Below are positions 19,622-26,422 of a DNA stretch of 48,666 bases, one piece after another. Source of the stretch: a bacterium. Lineage in GTDB: Bacteria; Patescibacteriota; Minisyncoccia; Phycocordibacterales; Phycocordibacteraceae. A model generated the notes under the pieces. The model was not told the DNA's origin. It worked only from the letters and a program-made list of their open reading frames with translations, and made no database searches. The translations under genes and the position numbers were made by a program. Location: NCBI GenBank assembly GCA_021794425.1, contig JAJYQV010000038.1, positions 1-48,666 on the forward strand. The letters are read 5' to 3'. Every line of letters starts with the position of its first letter. Positions within the stretch are counted from its first letter, which is position 1.

Positions 19622-20098
19622 ATGGCACATCCGAAAGAAGAACGCACCCTCATCATCCTCAAGCCCGACGCGGTGCACCGCGGCATCATGGGCGAGGTCA
19701 TCAACCGGTTCGAGCGCAAAGGCCTCAAGATCATCGGCATGAAGATGATGCAGCTCGAGGATGCGGTGCTTGAGGCGCACTATGCGCACATCGCCGACAA
19801 GCCGTTCTTCGGGGGCATCAAGGCGTTCATGAAGCAGTCGCCCGTCGTGGTCATGGCGCTCTCGGGTATCGGCGCAGTCGATGCGACACGTATCATCGTC
19901 GGTCCGACCAAGGGATTTGAAGCCGCGGCGGGCACGATCCGTGGTGACTTCTCGCTTTCGGTCCAGTCGAATCTCGTGCACGCGTCTGACAACATCGAGA
20001 ACGCGACGGCCGAGGTCACTCGCTTCTTCAAGGAGGACGAGCTCTTCGACTACAAGCGCAACGACTTTGAGTTCGTGAACGCTGAAGAAGTATTTTAG
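19622..20098 (+). CDS. ndk: Nucleoside-diphosphate kinase
   Basis: ERTLIILKPDAV...NLVHASD. Confidence 0.95.
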   Translation: MAHPKEERTLIILKPDAVHRGIMGEVINRFERKGLKIIGMKMMQLEDAVLEAHYAHIADKPFFGGIKAFMKQSPVVVMALSGIGAVDATRIIVGPTKGFEAAAGTIRGDFSLSVQSNLVHASDNIENATAEVTRFFKEDELFDYKRNDFEFVNAEEVF

Positions 20099-20112
20099 GG
20101 AGTCATGCCGAG

Positions 20113-20153
20113 GGAAGATACGTGGGCGGCCGAAGGCCGCCCACGTATCTTCC
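20113..20153 (+). terminator. Terminator-like hairpin after ndk
   Basis: 19-bp stem ggaagatacgtgggcggcc / ggccgcccacgtatcttcc with loop gaa. Confidence 0.65.
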
Positions 20154-20171
20154 GCCCCTTGACCGCCGGTG

Positions 20172-20177
20172 TATAAT
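20172..20177 (+). promoter_or_regulatory. Consensus -10 hexamer TATAAT preceding the orphan RNA candidate
   Basis: tataat at 20172-20177. No plus-strand ORF follows it. Confidence 0.35.
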
Positions 20178-20183
20178 AGATCT

Positions 20184-20362
20184 CAGGAGCCGGCCCGATT
20201 AACGCAACTTGCTCACTCTCAGGGAGCTCGACCGTTCGCCCGCCTTGGTGACTGCTTCGGTAGTCCGAAGGACGCGCGATAGAGCACCCACCTGGCATCC
20301 AAAAGTTGCCAGTTCAGGACGGCTCCACGAAAAATCCCCTGCCGATGAGGCAGGGGATTTTT
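20184..20362 (+). ncRNA. Candidate structured small RNA of unknown family (orphan promoter-to-terminator unit)
   Basis: Closing helices GGAGCCG/CGGCUCC (20186-20192 / 20320-20326) and GCAACUU/AAGUUGC (20204-20210 / 20303-20309). Inner hairpins GCUC..GAGC (20211-20227) and CUGC-UUCG-GUAG (20252-20263), plus GGUG/CACC (20247-20250 / 20285-20288). Ends in terminator 20330-20362. Confidence 0.4.
20330..20362. terminator. Bidirectional intrinsic terminator (A-run, hairpin, T-run)
   Basis: aaaaatcccctgcc gatga ggcaggggattttt. Lies downstream of both the RNA candidate (+) and the HEPN gene (-). Confidence 0.75.
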
Positions 20363-20386
20363 CGCGCCTCGTTACCAACCTTTGGT

Positions 20387-20740
20387 TCAAGAATCTCTCA
20401 GCTCCTGAAGACACTGTGCGACGCCCGTCTTGAATGGCGGCAAGTCTCTTTGAATCGTGTCCCATACTGCCTGCACATCAACCTCGGGATACTCGTGGAT
20501 GAGGAAGCCGCGCATGGCGGCGGCTGGTTTCCAGTCAATCTCGGGATATGTTTCGCGTACCGAGTCGGGGATGCGCTTGACCGCTTCGCCGATGACCTCG
20601 AGGTTGCGCACCACAGCGTCCTGCGTCTTCCCGTCTGCGTCAAAGGCTTCTGCCGACATGCTGGCCGTGTATGACTCGATGCTTGCGATGGCGTCGAGCA
20701 TGTCTTCGAGATAGAGTGTGGTGTCGCGCGGCGCGGTCAT
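20387..20740 (-). CDS. hepT: HEPN-domain (DUF86, HepT-like) toxin
   Basis: 117 aa. Rx4H motif in AAMRGFLIHEY. 4-nt ATGA overlap with the upstream MNT gene. Confidence 0.85.
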   Translation of the reverse strand: MTAPRDTTLYLEDMLDAIASIESYTASMSAEAFDADGKTQDAVVRNLEVIGEAVKRIPDSVRETYPEIDWKPAAAMRGFLIHEYPEVDVQAVWDTIQRDLPPFKTGVAQCLQELRDS

Positions 20741-21015
20741 AGAATAGAGATTTCGTCTTTGAGGATGCGCTCGCGCAGCGCCGGCTTGAGCGTGTCGTAG
20801 GCTACCAGATCGACATCCTTTCCGAGCGCTGCTTCGAGCTCCTGTTTGAGCGCGAGGAACGAGAATAGCCCATAGGGGCGGCGCATCTCGACGAGCAAAT
20901 CGACATCGCGCGCTGACGGCTCGCCGCGCGCGACCGAACCGAATACGCCGGCGCGCGTCACCGCGCGCCGTTTCAGAATCGGTGCTGCTTTTTCTCGTAC
21001 CTCGGCTAGTTCCAT
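20737..21015 (-). CDS. mntA: Minimal nucleotidyltransferase (MntA-like) antitoxin
   Basis: 92 aa. GVFGSVARGEPSARDVDLLV (GSxxRG...DxD). Confidence 0.85.
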   Translation of the reverse strand: MELAEVREKAAPILKRRAVTRAGVFGSVARGEPSARDVDLLVEMRRPYGLFSFLALKQELEAALGKDVDLVAYDTLKPALRERILKDEISIL

Positions 21016-21023
21016 ACGAGGGA

Positions 21024-21032
21024 ATCATACCA
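21024..21032 (-). promoter_or_regulatory. Extended -10 (TGgTATGAT on the minus strand) 8 nt before the mntA start
   Basis: The reverse complement of atcatacca is tggtatgat. Confidence 0.4.
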
Positions 21033-21039
21033 CATTTTG

Positions 21040-21066
21040 CGCGGCCGGCCCGAAGGGCCGGCCGCG
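21040..21066 (+). terminator. GC-rich hairpin immediately upstream of the beta-CASP gene promoter
   Basis: cgcggccggccc gaa gggccggccgcg. Confidence 0.4.
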
Positions 21067-21069
21067 TCG

Positions 21070-21078
21070 TGCTACAGT
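21070..21078 (+). promoter_or_regulatory. Extended -10 (TGcTACAGT) 6 nt before ATG 21085, predicted leaderless
   Basis: tgctacagt acgttc ATG. Confidence 0.45.
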
Positions 21079-21084
21079 ACGTTC

Positions 21085-22485
21085 ATGCTGAAACTTACTT
21101 CATACGGCGGGGCGGGGAAGGTGACGGGCTCGAATTTCCTCGTCGAGGGGTCGCGCGGGAAGGTGCTCGTCGACTGCGGCATCGAGCAGGGCGCTGACTT
21201 CTGCGAGGAGTGCATCTATGGCCCCTTCGCGTATGACGTAAAAAGCGTTGATGCGCTCGTCGTCACCCATGCGCACCTCGATCATGTCGGGCGCATCCCG
21301 AAGCTCGTCAAAGAGGGCTTCCGTGGGAAGATCTACATGACCCCGCCGACGAAAGACTTAGCCGAGCTCATCCTGCATGACTCGGTCGGCATACTCGGGC
21401 AGGAGGCTGCGCATCGTGGCATCGCGCCGCTCTACGAGGCGCAAGATGTTGCGCTTGCGTTCTCGCTCATCGAGACGCTCGACTACCACGTCGAGAAAGA
21501 AGTCGCGCCGGGTATCTCCGCGTACCTGCGCAATACCGGCCACATCCTCGGCTCCGCGAGCGTCCGGCTCACCGACGAGGACGGCACAACTCTCGCTTTG
21601 ACGGGCGACATCGGCAACTCGCCCTCGCCGCTCTTGCCCGACTGGGAGCCAGTGCCAGACGCCGACGCCCTTCTCATGGAGAGCGTGTATGGCGATCGCC
21701 TGCACCCGCAGCATGCCGACCGAGTGGCCAAATTGCGCGATACGCTCAAGGCGGCCATCGCGCGTGGGGGCACCATTCTCATCCCTGCCTTCTCGCTCGA
21801 ACGCACGCAGCTCATGCTCTATGAGCTCTCTAACTTCTTTGACGCGGGGGAATTGCCTAAGGTCCCCGTCTTTCTCGACTCGCCGCTCGCCATACACGTG
21901 ACCGAGGTCTATGAGAAGTGGGGTGCGACCTATTTCAAACCTGAAGCAGAAGAAGAGATGAAGCGCGAGAAGAGCTTGTTCGAGTTCCCGTTTCTCCACC
22001 AGACGCTCCATCCCGAGGACTCGGCGATGATAGGGAAGGAGAGCGACCCGAAGATCATCATCGCGGGCGCGGGCATGAGCCATGGCGGACGCATCGGCCG
22101 GTGGGAAGCGCGCTACCTGCCCGAGCCCGCCACGACGCTCGTCATCGTCGGGTATCAGGCTCCCGGCTCACCTGGGCGCCGCATGGCCGAGGGTGCGCCA
22201 TCCGTGCGGCTCGGCGGTCGCGAGGTGAAGATACGCGCAAAGGTCGAGATTCTCGAAGGCTGGTCGGCCCACGCCGACCGCGACGAGCTGCTCCGCTATG
22301 CCGAAGCGGCGCTTGCAGGCAAGCGCACCAAGGCCGTCTTCGTGGGGCTCGGCGAGCCCGCCGCCGAGCGCTTCCTCGCCCAGCGCATCCACGACTATCT
22401 CGGCGCCCGCGCCATCGTCGTGGAACCCGCCGTCACCTGGGAGGTCTCAAAGGAGGGGGTGCGTAAATTTGACGGGGAGGGATAA
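21085..22485 (+). CDS. Metallo-beta-lactamase / beta-CASP family RNA-metabolising hydrolase
   Basis: 466 aa. VVTHAHLDHVGRIP motif, later beta-CASP-like and C-terminal HADRDEL segments. Internal ATG of ORF 21037-22485. Confidence 0.85.
   Translation: MLKLTSYGGAGKVTGSNFLVEGSRGKVLVDCGIEQGADFCEECIYGPFAYDVKSVDALVVTHAHLDHVGRIPKLVKEGFRGKIYMTPPTKDLAELILHDSVGILGQEAAHRGIAPLYEAQDVALAFSLIETLDYHVEKEVAPGISAYLRNTGHILGSASVRLTDEDGTTLALTGDIGNSPSPLLPDWEPVPDADALLMESVYGDRLHPQHADRVAKLRDTLKAAIARGGTILIPAFSLERTQLMLYELSNFFDAGELPKVPVFLDSPLAIHVTEVYEKWGATYFKPEAEEEMKREKSLFEFPFLHQTLHPEDSAMIGKESDPKIIIAGAGMSHGGRIGRWEARYLPEPATTLVIVGYQAPGSPGRRMAEGAPSVRLGGREVKIRAKVEILEGWSAHADRDELLRYAEAALAGKRTKAVFVGLGEPAAERFLAQRIHDYLGARAIVVEPAVTWEVSKEGVRKFDGEG
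22411..22455 (+). repeat. Functional 3' coding end of the beta-CASP gene, copy A of a diverged duplication (partner 23260-23304)
   Basis: gccatcgtcgtggaacccgccgtcacctgggaggtctcaaaggag, encoding AIVVEPAVTWEVSKE. Confidence 0.8.
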
Positions 22486-22500
22486 AAGGTATACCATCGC

Positions 22501-22509
22501 TGTTATGGT
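22501..22509 (+). promoter_or_regulatory. Extended -10 (TGtTATGGT) upstream of the HigB-like gene
   Basis: tgttatggt, 18 nt before ATG 22528. Confidence 0.35.
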
Positions 22510-22527
22510 CGAAAAGTAACAGACCGT

Positions 22528-22899
22528 ATGAATTTTGAACCAGAGATAGAGTTATACGCTGAAGATGGAATGGAAGTAATCTATGACCTTCTTACTGAAA
22601 AGCTCGGAAACGATATCGTAAAAGTTGAGAAGAAATTAGAACACTATCAGCATGTTGCTATCTCGAACCTGCTCGCCACAAAGACACTCGACTTCATCAA
22701 TGGTACACGCAATCCACGCCTCTATGAGTTCAAAATAAAAAGTCTGTCTCGACCGATTCGATTCGTCTGTTCGATAGAAGGGAAGACGATAGTATTGCTC
22801 GATGTTTTGTTCACCAGCGGGAGCAGCGGCGCGGCAGAGAAACATGTTCAGCGATCGGCGGAGCGACTTATGAGATGGCGTTCCTGGAACCAAAACTAA
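22528..22899 (+). CDS. Putative HigB / Gp49-like (RelE-superfamily) toxin
   Basis: 123 aa, AT-richer. ...PRLYEFKIKSLSRPIRFVCSIEGKTIVLLDVLFTSG resembles phage Gp49/HigB toxins (from memory). An XRE antitoxin gene follows. Confidence 0.55.
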   Translation: MNFEPEIELYAEDGMEVIYDLLTEKLGNDIVKVEKKLEHYQHVAISNLLATKTLDFINGTRNPRLYEFKIKSLSRPIRFVCSIEGKTIVLLDVLFTSGSSGAAEKHVQRSAERLMRWRSWNQN

Positions 22900-22910
22900 C
22901 TCGCATACCT

Positions 22911-23258
22911 ATGAAATTACACGATCTTCACCAGCGAATAGGGAGAAACGCGCGCCTTGATGAAGTGCGCCGGAAACTCAACGACGACATCGCATTCCAG
23001 ATGAGCCACCGCATTGAGATGCTCCGGCTCTCGCTCGGGCTGACCCAGGAGCAATTCGCCAAGAAAATCGGAACACAACAGCCTGCCATCGCACGCATCG
23101 AGCGTGGCGTTGTCATCCCGACGCTCCCGTTCTTGCAGAAGATTGCGAAGACATTCAAAATGGAGCTCGTCTTGCCAGATTTCGTGCCGACTGCGTCGCG
23201 CGGTGCCCCGATTAAGTCGCCGCTCAAACATATCGGTCGTGCGCGTGTTGCCGCGTAG
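22911..23258 (+). CDS. XRE-family helix-turn-helix antitoxin (HigA-like)
   Basis: LGLTQEQFAKKIGTQQPAIARIERG. The start could also be 22875, overlapping the toxin gene. Confidence 0.72.
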   Translation: MKLHDLHQRIGRNARLDEVRRKLNDDIAFQMSHRIEMLRLSLGLTQEQFAKKIGTQQPAIARIERGVVIPTLPFLQKIAKTFKMELVLPDFVPTASRGAPIKSPLKHIGRARVAA

Positions 23259-23259
23259 C

Positions 23260-23325
23260 GCCATCGTCGTCGAGCCGGGCGTCACCTGGGAGATATCGAA
23301 GAATACGATTAGGAGAGTCGGGTAG
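23260..23325 (+). pseudogene. Orphan duplicate of the beta-CASP gene 3' end (copy B) running to its own stop codon
   Basis: gccatcgtcgtcgagccgggcgtcacctgggagatatcgaagaat..., encoding AIVVEPGVTWEISKNTIRRVG*. 36 of 45 nt match copy A, and the differences are mostly at third codon positions. Confidence 0.75.
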
Positions 23326-23383
23326 CACTTCGTGTTGGTACTCAGCTCTAGCCCCCCACAAAATTATATCCCCACCCACCCCA

Positions 23384-23412
23384 TAGCCAAACCCGTCGGG
23401 GGGGGGTACATT
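23384..23412 (+). promoter_or_regulatory. Predicted promoter of the Gly-rich protein gene, with a G9 tract filling the spacer
   Basis: TAGCCA (23384-23389), 17-nt spacer containing G9 (23398-23406), TACATT (23407-23412), then 7 nt to ATG 23420. Confidence 0.4.
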
Positions 23413-23419
23413 TAAAAGC

Positions 23420-24454
23420 ATGATGCACAAAAAAGTATTTTATAGAATCGCCTCCGCTTTCAAGACCACCCCGCTCGTCCTAGCACTCCTGCTCACCTTT
23501 GGCCTGAGCTACGCGTACGCCTCGTGGAGCGAACCAACGGCCACGCCGCCGGGAGGCAACGCCGACGCCCCGATTAACGTCGGCTCTGCGGCACAGAAAA
23601 AAATTGGCGGTCTTCTACTCAACACAGGAGGCGCTATTAATGGTCTCATTGTGCAGTATGGCAACGTTGGTATCGGGACGGTTTCTCCCCAAAGCCCCGC
23701 CCCCAATGGCAAAACATCCGGCAATATTACGGTGAATGACATCTACATAAGCTCAATAGGGAAATGGGCAAGTCAACTCGGGGGTGGAACCGCTGCTTCG
23801 CCATCCCAGTCTCCTGTGCTCTCGGCGACCTATACCTACACTACAAATTCCGTATGGTATAAACCCGGCAATCTTAAATATATTGTAGTTCAGGTTTGGG
23901 GTGGCGGCGGCGGCGGGTCTGGTAGCTATTCTGCATACGACGTCGGTAGCGGTGGCGGTGGCGGTGGCTATGCGAAGAAAACCCTCGACGCCGCATCACT
24001 TTCTTCATCTTATTCGGTAACGGTGGCTACAGGTGGTGCCGGTGGTTTTTCCACCTCCAATAGTGCTCAGGGTAACGATGGTGGCAACAGTTCATTTGGC
24101 GGACTGGTAACAGCTACTGGCGGCGGGGGTGGTATAAGCAATACTTCGAGTACTTATGCTGCTGGGGGTACTGGCGGTGTCGGGGAGAGTGGAGACGTGA
24201 ATGTAGTTGGTGGAAATGGCGTGACTGGCATTTTTAATTCAGGCACTAGTGTCGGTGGCACCGGTGGTGCCGGAGCCCAAGGTGGTGCCGGTGGTGCCGG
24301 TGGCATTTACTCGCAGAACGGAGGAACGGGCCAATTATTTGGAGGTGGCGGAGGTGGTAGTGGTTACGTTGATCCATGGAATCAGAGCGTCACTTACGGT
24401 GGCAGTGGCGCACCTGGTAAGGTGCTTGTGCAAGAGTATACAGCCGCCCCATAA
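23420..24454 (+). CDS. Secreted glycine-rich surface protein
   Basis: Signal peptide ending AYA|SW. WSEPTATPPGGNADAPINVGS motif. C-terminal VWGGGGGGSGSY...GGGGGGY...GGAGG glycine-rich domain. Confidence 0.75.
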   Translation: MMHKKVFYRIASAFKTTPLVLALLLTFGLSYAYASWSEPTATPPGGNADAPINVGSAAQKKIGGLLLNTGGAINGLIVQYGNVGIGTVSPQSPAPNGKTSGNITVNDIYISSIGKWASQLGGGTAASPSQSPVLSATYTYTTNSVWYKPGNLKYIVVQVWGGGGGGSGSYSAYDVGSGGGGGGYAKKTLDAASLSSSYSVTVATGGAGGFSTSNSAQGNDGGNSSFGGLVTATGGGGGISNTSSTYAAGGTGGVGESGDVNVVGGNGVTGIFNSGTSVGGTGGAGAQGGAGGAGGIYSQNGGTGQLFGGGGGGSGYVDPWNQSVTYGGSGAPGKVLVQEYTAAP

Positions 24455-24471
24455 GGAAGAAGACGAGTCTT

Positions 24472-24828
24472 TTGAAAATGAATATTGTACCGCCTATCGG
24501 GATGACTGATACCATGAGCCCTGTCCATAGAAAGAGGTGGTGGATTCTTGCAGGCATCACGCTCGCGCTCCTGGCAGGATGGCTTTGCTGGATGATTTGG
24601 CAAGGAGGATGGTACCCGTTTAGCTCGCCGAGCGCCACAGTTTCACCACGACGAACTCCGTCGAAAATGCCGCCGACAGAGCGGGGCGTACTCAACTCGC
24701 TCACGGCAACCGGATCTTCAACGGGAGACTCTACTGCAGTGCTCAAGTCGCTTGAGCCCGCATCGCAGAAGAAAACACCGACCGATAATACTGCCTCGAT
24801 ACTCGATTCGCTCACTCCGCCAAAATAA
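24472..24828 (+). CDS. Small single-pass membrane protein with three xLxSL(T/E) repeats
   Basis: TM segment WWILAGITLALLAGWLCWMIW. Repeats VLNSLTA / VLKSLEP / ILDSLTP. Confidence 0.5.
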   Translation: MKMNIVPPIGMTDTMSPVHRKRWWILAGITLALLAGWLCWMIWQGGWYPFSSPSATVSPRRTPSKMPPTERGVLNSLTATGSSTGDSTAVLKSLEPASQKKTPTDNTASILDSLTPPK

Positions 24829-25116
24829 CCTTGCCTTCTATGGCGGTGCCATGGGGCTCTACTCGAAAATAGTCACGCTTATCATGCGGTTGTTGAAACA
24901 GTAAGCAAAAGCCAGCGGCGCCGAAGGCGCCGATTCCTCATGCGAGAGCTCGGCTTCGTGCGTCTGCAGGACAGCGTGTGGGTCTTCCCGTACTCTTGTG
25001 AAGAGTTTCTAGCCCTCCTTAAGGCTGAATTGAAGATAGGAACATCGGTGCTCTACATGGTCGTCGAAGAGATAGAAAACGACAAACATTTGCGCGAGCA
25101 TTTCAACCTGAAGTGA
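24829..25116 (+). pseudogene. Start-less or truncated fragment resembling the C-terminal domain of a PaaX-like / Cas2-fold regulator
   Basis: Frame is open from 24829, and the only ATG is at 24940. ...RRRRRRFLMRELGFVRLQDSVWVFPYSCEEFLALLKAEL... The similarity is recalled, not searched. Confidence 0.3.
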
Positions 25117-25160
25117 TATCTGCTATCATATCCGACCGTGATAAATAACGGATAAGGGTG

Positions 25161-25772
25161 CTAGAGGATGAATTCGTGCACAGAGCCGTTCTTGATGACG
25201 ACGTGTTTCGTTATGCCTGGCGATCTATCTGAAAATAAGATTTTATAGGTCATACGAATAGTCCCGCCACTCGTCACGCAGATGATGTTTCCGTTGCCCT
25301 CTACAGCCTTCAATTCTTTTAAGAAAGATTCGAGTCGTGCACGGATTATCTCGGCTGAATCGCCACCCCAAGGCGAATAATCATATTCACAAAGAGAGCC
25401 GGAACCCCACGACTGTCCTTCAGCAAGTCGTGCCTTTTTCTGTTCGGTAGAGAGACCCTCAAGCGACCCTTGGTGATATTCGAGCAGTTCGTCGCGGAGC
25501 TCTATTCTCGAAGGGTCTATCTTCTTTGTCTCGGCGATAATCCCCGCTGTTTCTTTGACGCGCAATAATTTTGACGAGTATATCCTGTTGATGACGCTAG
25601 GCAACTCCTCGGCTGCTTCTCGAGCTTGCGTGCGACCGTAGATGTTCAGGGGGATGTTCGTGTCGTCTCCTGGCTTAAAGGTCACAGGCTCGTCGTGCAT
25701 CGGGCCAGAAACGCCATGCCCTAAGATGCGGTTCGCATCTGTTTCGCCGTGGCGGACTAGAAATAATTTCAT
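25161..25772 (-). CDS. Histidine phosphatase (phosphoglycerate-mutase-like) family protein
   Basis: MKLFLVRHGETDAN catalytic RHG motif. AT-richer gene. Internal ATG of ORF 25161-25826. Confidence 0.85.
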   Translation of the reverse strand: MKLFLVRHGETDANRILGHGVSGPMHDEPVTFKPGDDTNIPLNIYGRTQAREAAEELPSVINRIYSSKLLRVKETAGIIAETKKIDPSRIELRDELLEYHQGSLEGLSTEQKKARLAEGQSWGSGSLCEYDYSPWGGDSAEIIRARLESFLKELKAVEGNGNIICVTSGGTIRMTYKILFSDRSPGITKHVVIKNGSVHEFIL

Positions 25773-25778
25773 AGCGGA

Positions 25779-25787
25779 AGTGTACCA
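25779..25787 (-). promoter_or_regulatory. Extended -10 (TGgTACACT on the minus strand) 6 nt before ATG 25772, predicted leaderless
   Basis: The reverse complement of agtgtacca is tggtacact. The gap is agcgga (plus strand). Confidence 0.45.
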
Positions 25788-25816
25788 AATGAGGATGAGC
25801 ATGTCGTCGCCGAGTA

Positions 25817-25850
25817 AAACGAACACCGCCCTCTCGGGCGGTGTTCGTTT
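25817..25850 (-). terminator. Terminator hairpin downstream of rplT
   Basis: 15-bp stem aaacgaacaccgccc / gggcggtgttcgttt with loop tctc. Confidence 0.75.
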
Positions 25851-25865
25851 CGTAAGAAATGCTGC

Positions 25866-26213
25866 TTAGACGACTTGCTTGGCTATGCGGGCGAAGACCT
25901 TGGGGCGCTCAGAGGCAAACTGGGCGAGGACCTTGCGGTCGAGCGCGAAGCCGCTCTTGTTCAGCTTGCTGATGAACGAGCTGTAGGACGCGTGGCCGTT
26001 CTCGCGGACGGCGGCGTTCAAGCGGACGATCCAGAGCTGTCGGAACGCCGTCTTCTTGTCGCGTCGGTGGGCAAAGGCGTAGCGGCCGGCGCGCATGAGC
26101 GCCTCGTGCGCGAAGTTGATCTTCTTGGAACGGACGCCGCGATAGCCCTTGGCGCGCTCAAGGATGTTCTTGCGACGCTTGTTTGCCTGGAGGCCTCCTT
26201 TGATTCTTGCCAT
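25866..26213 (-). CDS. rplT: 50S ribosomal protein L20
   Basis: MARIKGGLQANKRRKNILERAKGYRG. Confidence 0.95.
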   Translation of the reverse strand: MARIKGGLQANKRRKNILERAKGYRGVRSKKINFAHEALMRAGRYAFAHRRDKKTAFRQLWIVRLNAAVRENGHASYSSFISKLNKSGFALDRKVLAQFASERPKVFARIAKQVV

Positions 26214-26236
26214 ATGAGAGTGATTAAGACGCTAAG

Positions 26237-26422
26237 TTAGGTTCCCGGGAGGAAACGGCGCTGCACCTTTGCGGTGAGGGTGAGCGCGATGGCGCGACGC
26301 TTGCCCGAGCGCTTGCTGCCGCTTGCTTTCGCATTGAAATGGTTCTGGCCCGCCTTGCGCGCGACCAGCTTCCCGGTGCGGGTGACGCGGATTCGTTTGG
26401 TGTATGATTTATTGGTTTTCAT
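26237..26422 (-). CDS. rpmI: 50S ribosomal protein L35
   Basis: MKTNKSYTKRIRVTRTGKLVARKAGQNH. Internal ATG of ORF 26237-26482. Confidence 0.9.
   Translation of the reverse strand: MKTNKSYTKRIRVTRTGKLVARKAGQNHFNAKASGSKRSGKRRAIALTLTAKVQRRFLPGT

Noticed and set aside
20186-20326. Attempted assignment of the orphan RNA to SRP (4.5S), 6S, tmRNA, RNase P or common riboswitch classes
   Set aside because: The segment GUCCGAAGGAC loosely resembles the SRP domain IV apex but has a triloop rather than a GGAA loop and lacks the flanking AGCAGCC-type motif. The branched fold is unlike the 6S rod. No tmRNA or RNase P signature strings are present. The RNA is kept only as an unknown-family candidate.
20336-20356. 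Hammerhead-like string (CUGCCGAUGAGG preceded by GAAA)
   Set aside because: It is not the CUGAnGA core, and the segment is simply the stem-loop of an intrinsic terminator.
23400-23410. The 11-mer GGGGGGGTACA occurs twice (23400-23410 and 48319-48329)
   Set aside because: It is too short, and its flanks share nothing. It could be chance in a G-run context. It is recorded only in case a genome-wide search shows enrichment.
23880-24400. Repetitive GGTGGC/GGTGGTGCC DNA that superficially looks like an array
   Set aside because: It is in-frame glycine-codon repetition inside the Gly-rich protein gene. There is no repeat-spacer periodicity, so it is not CRISPR.
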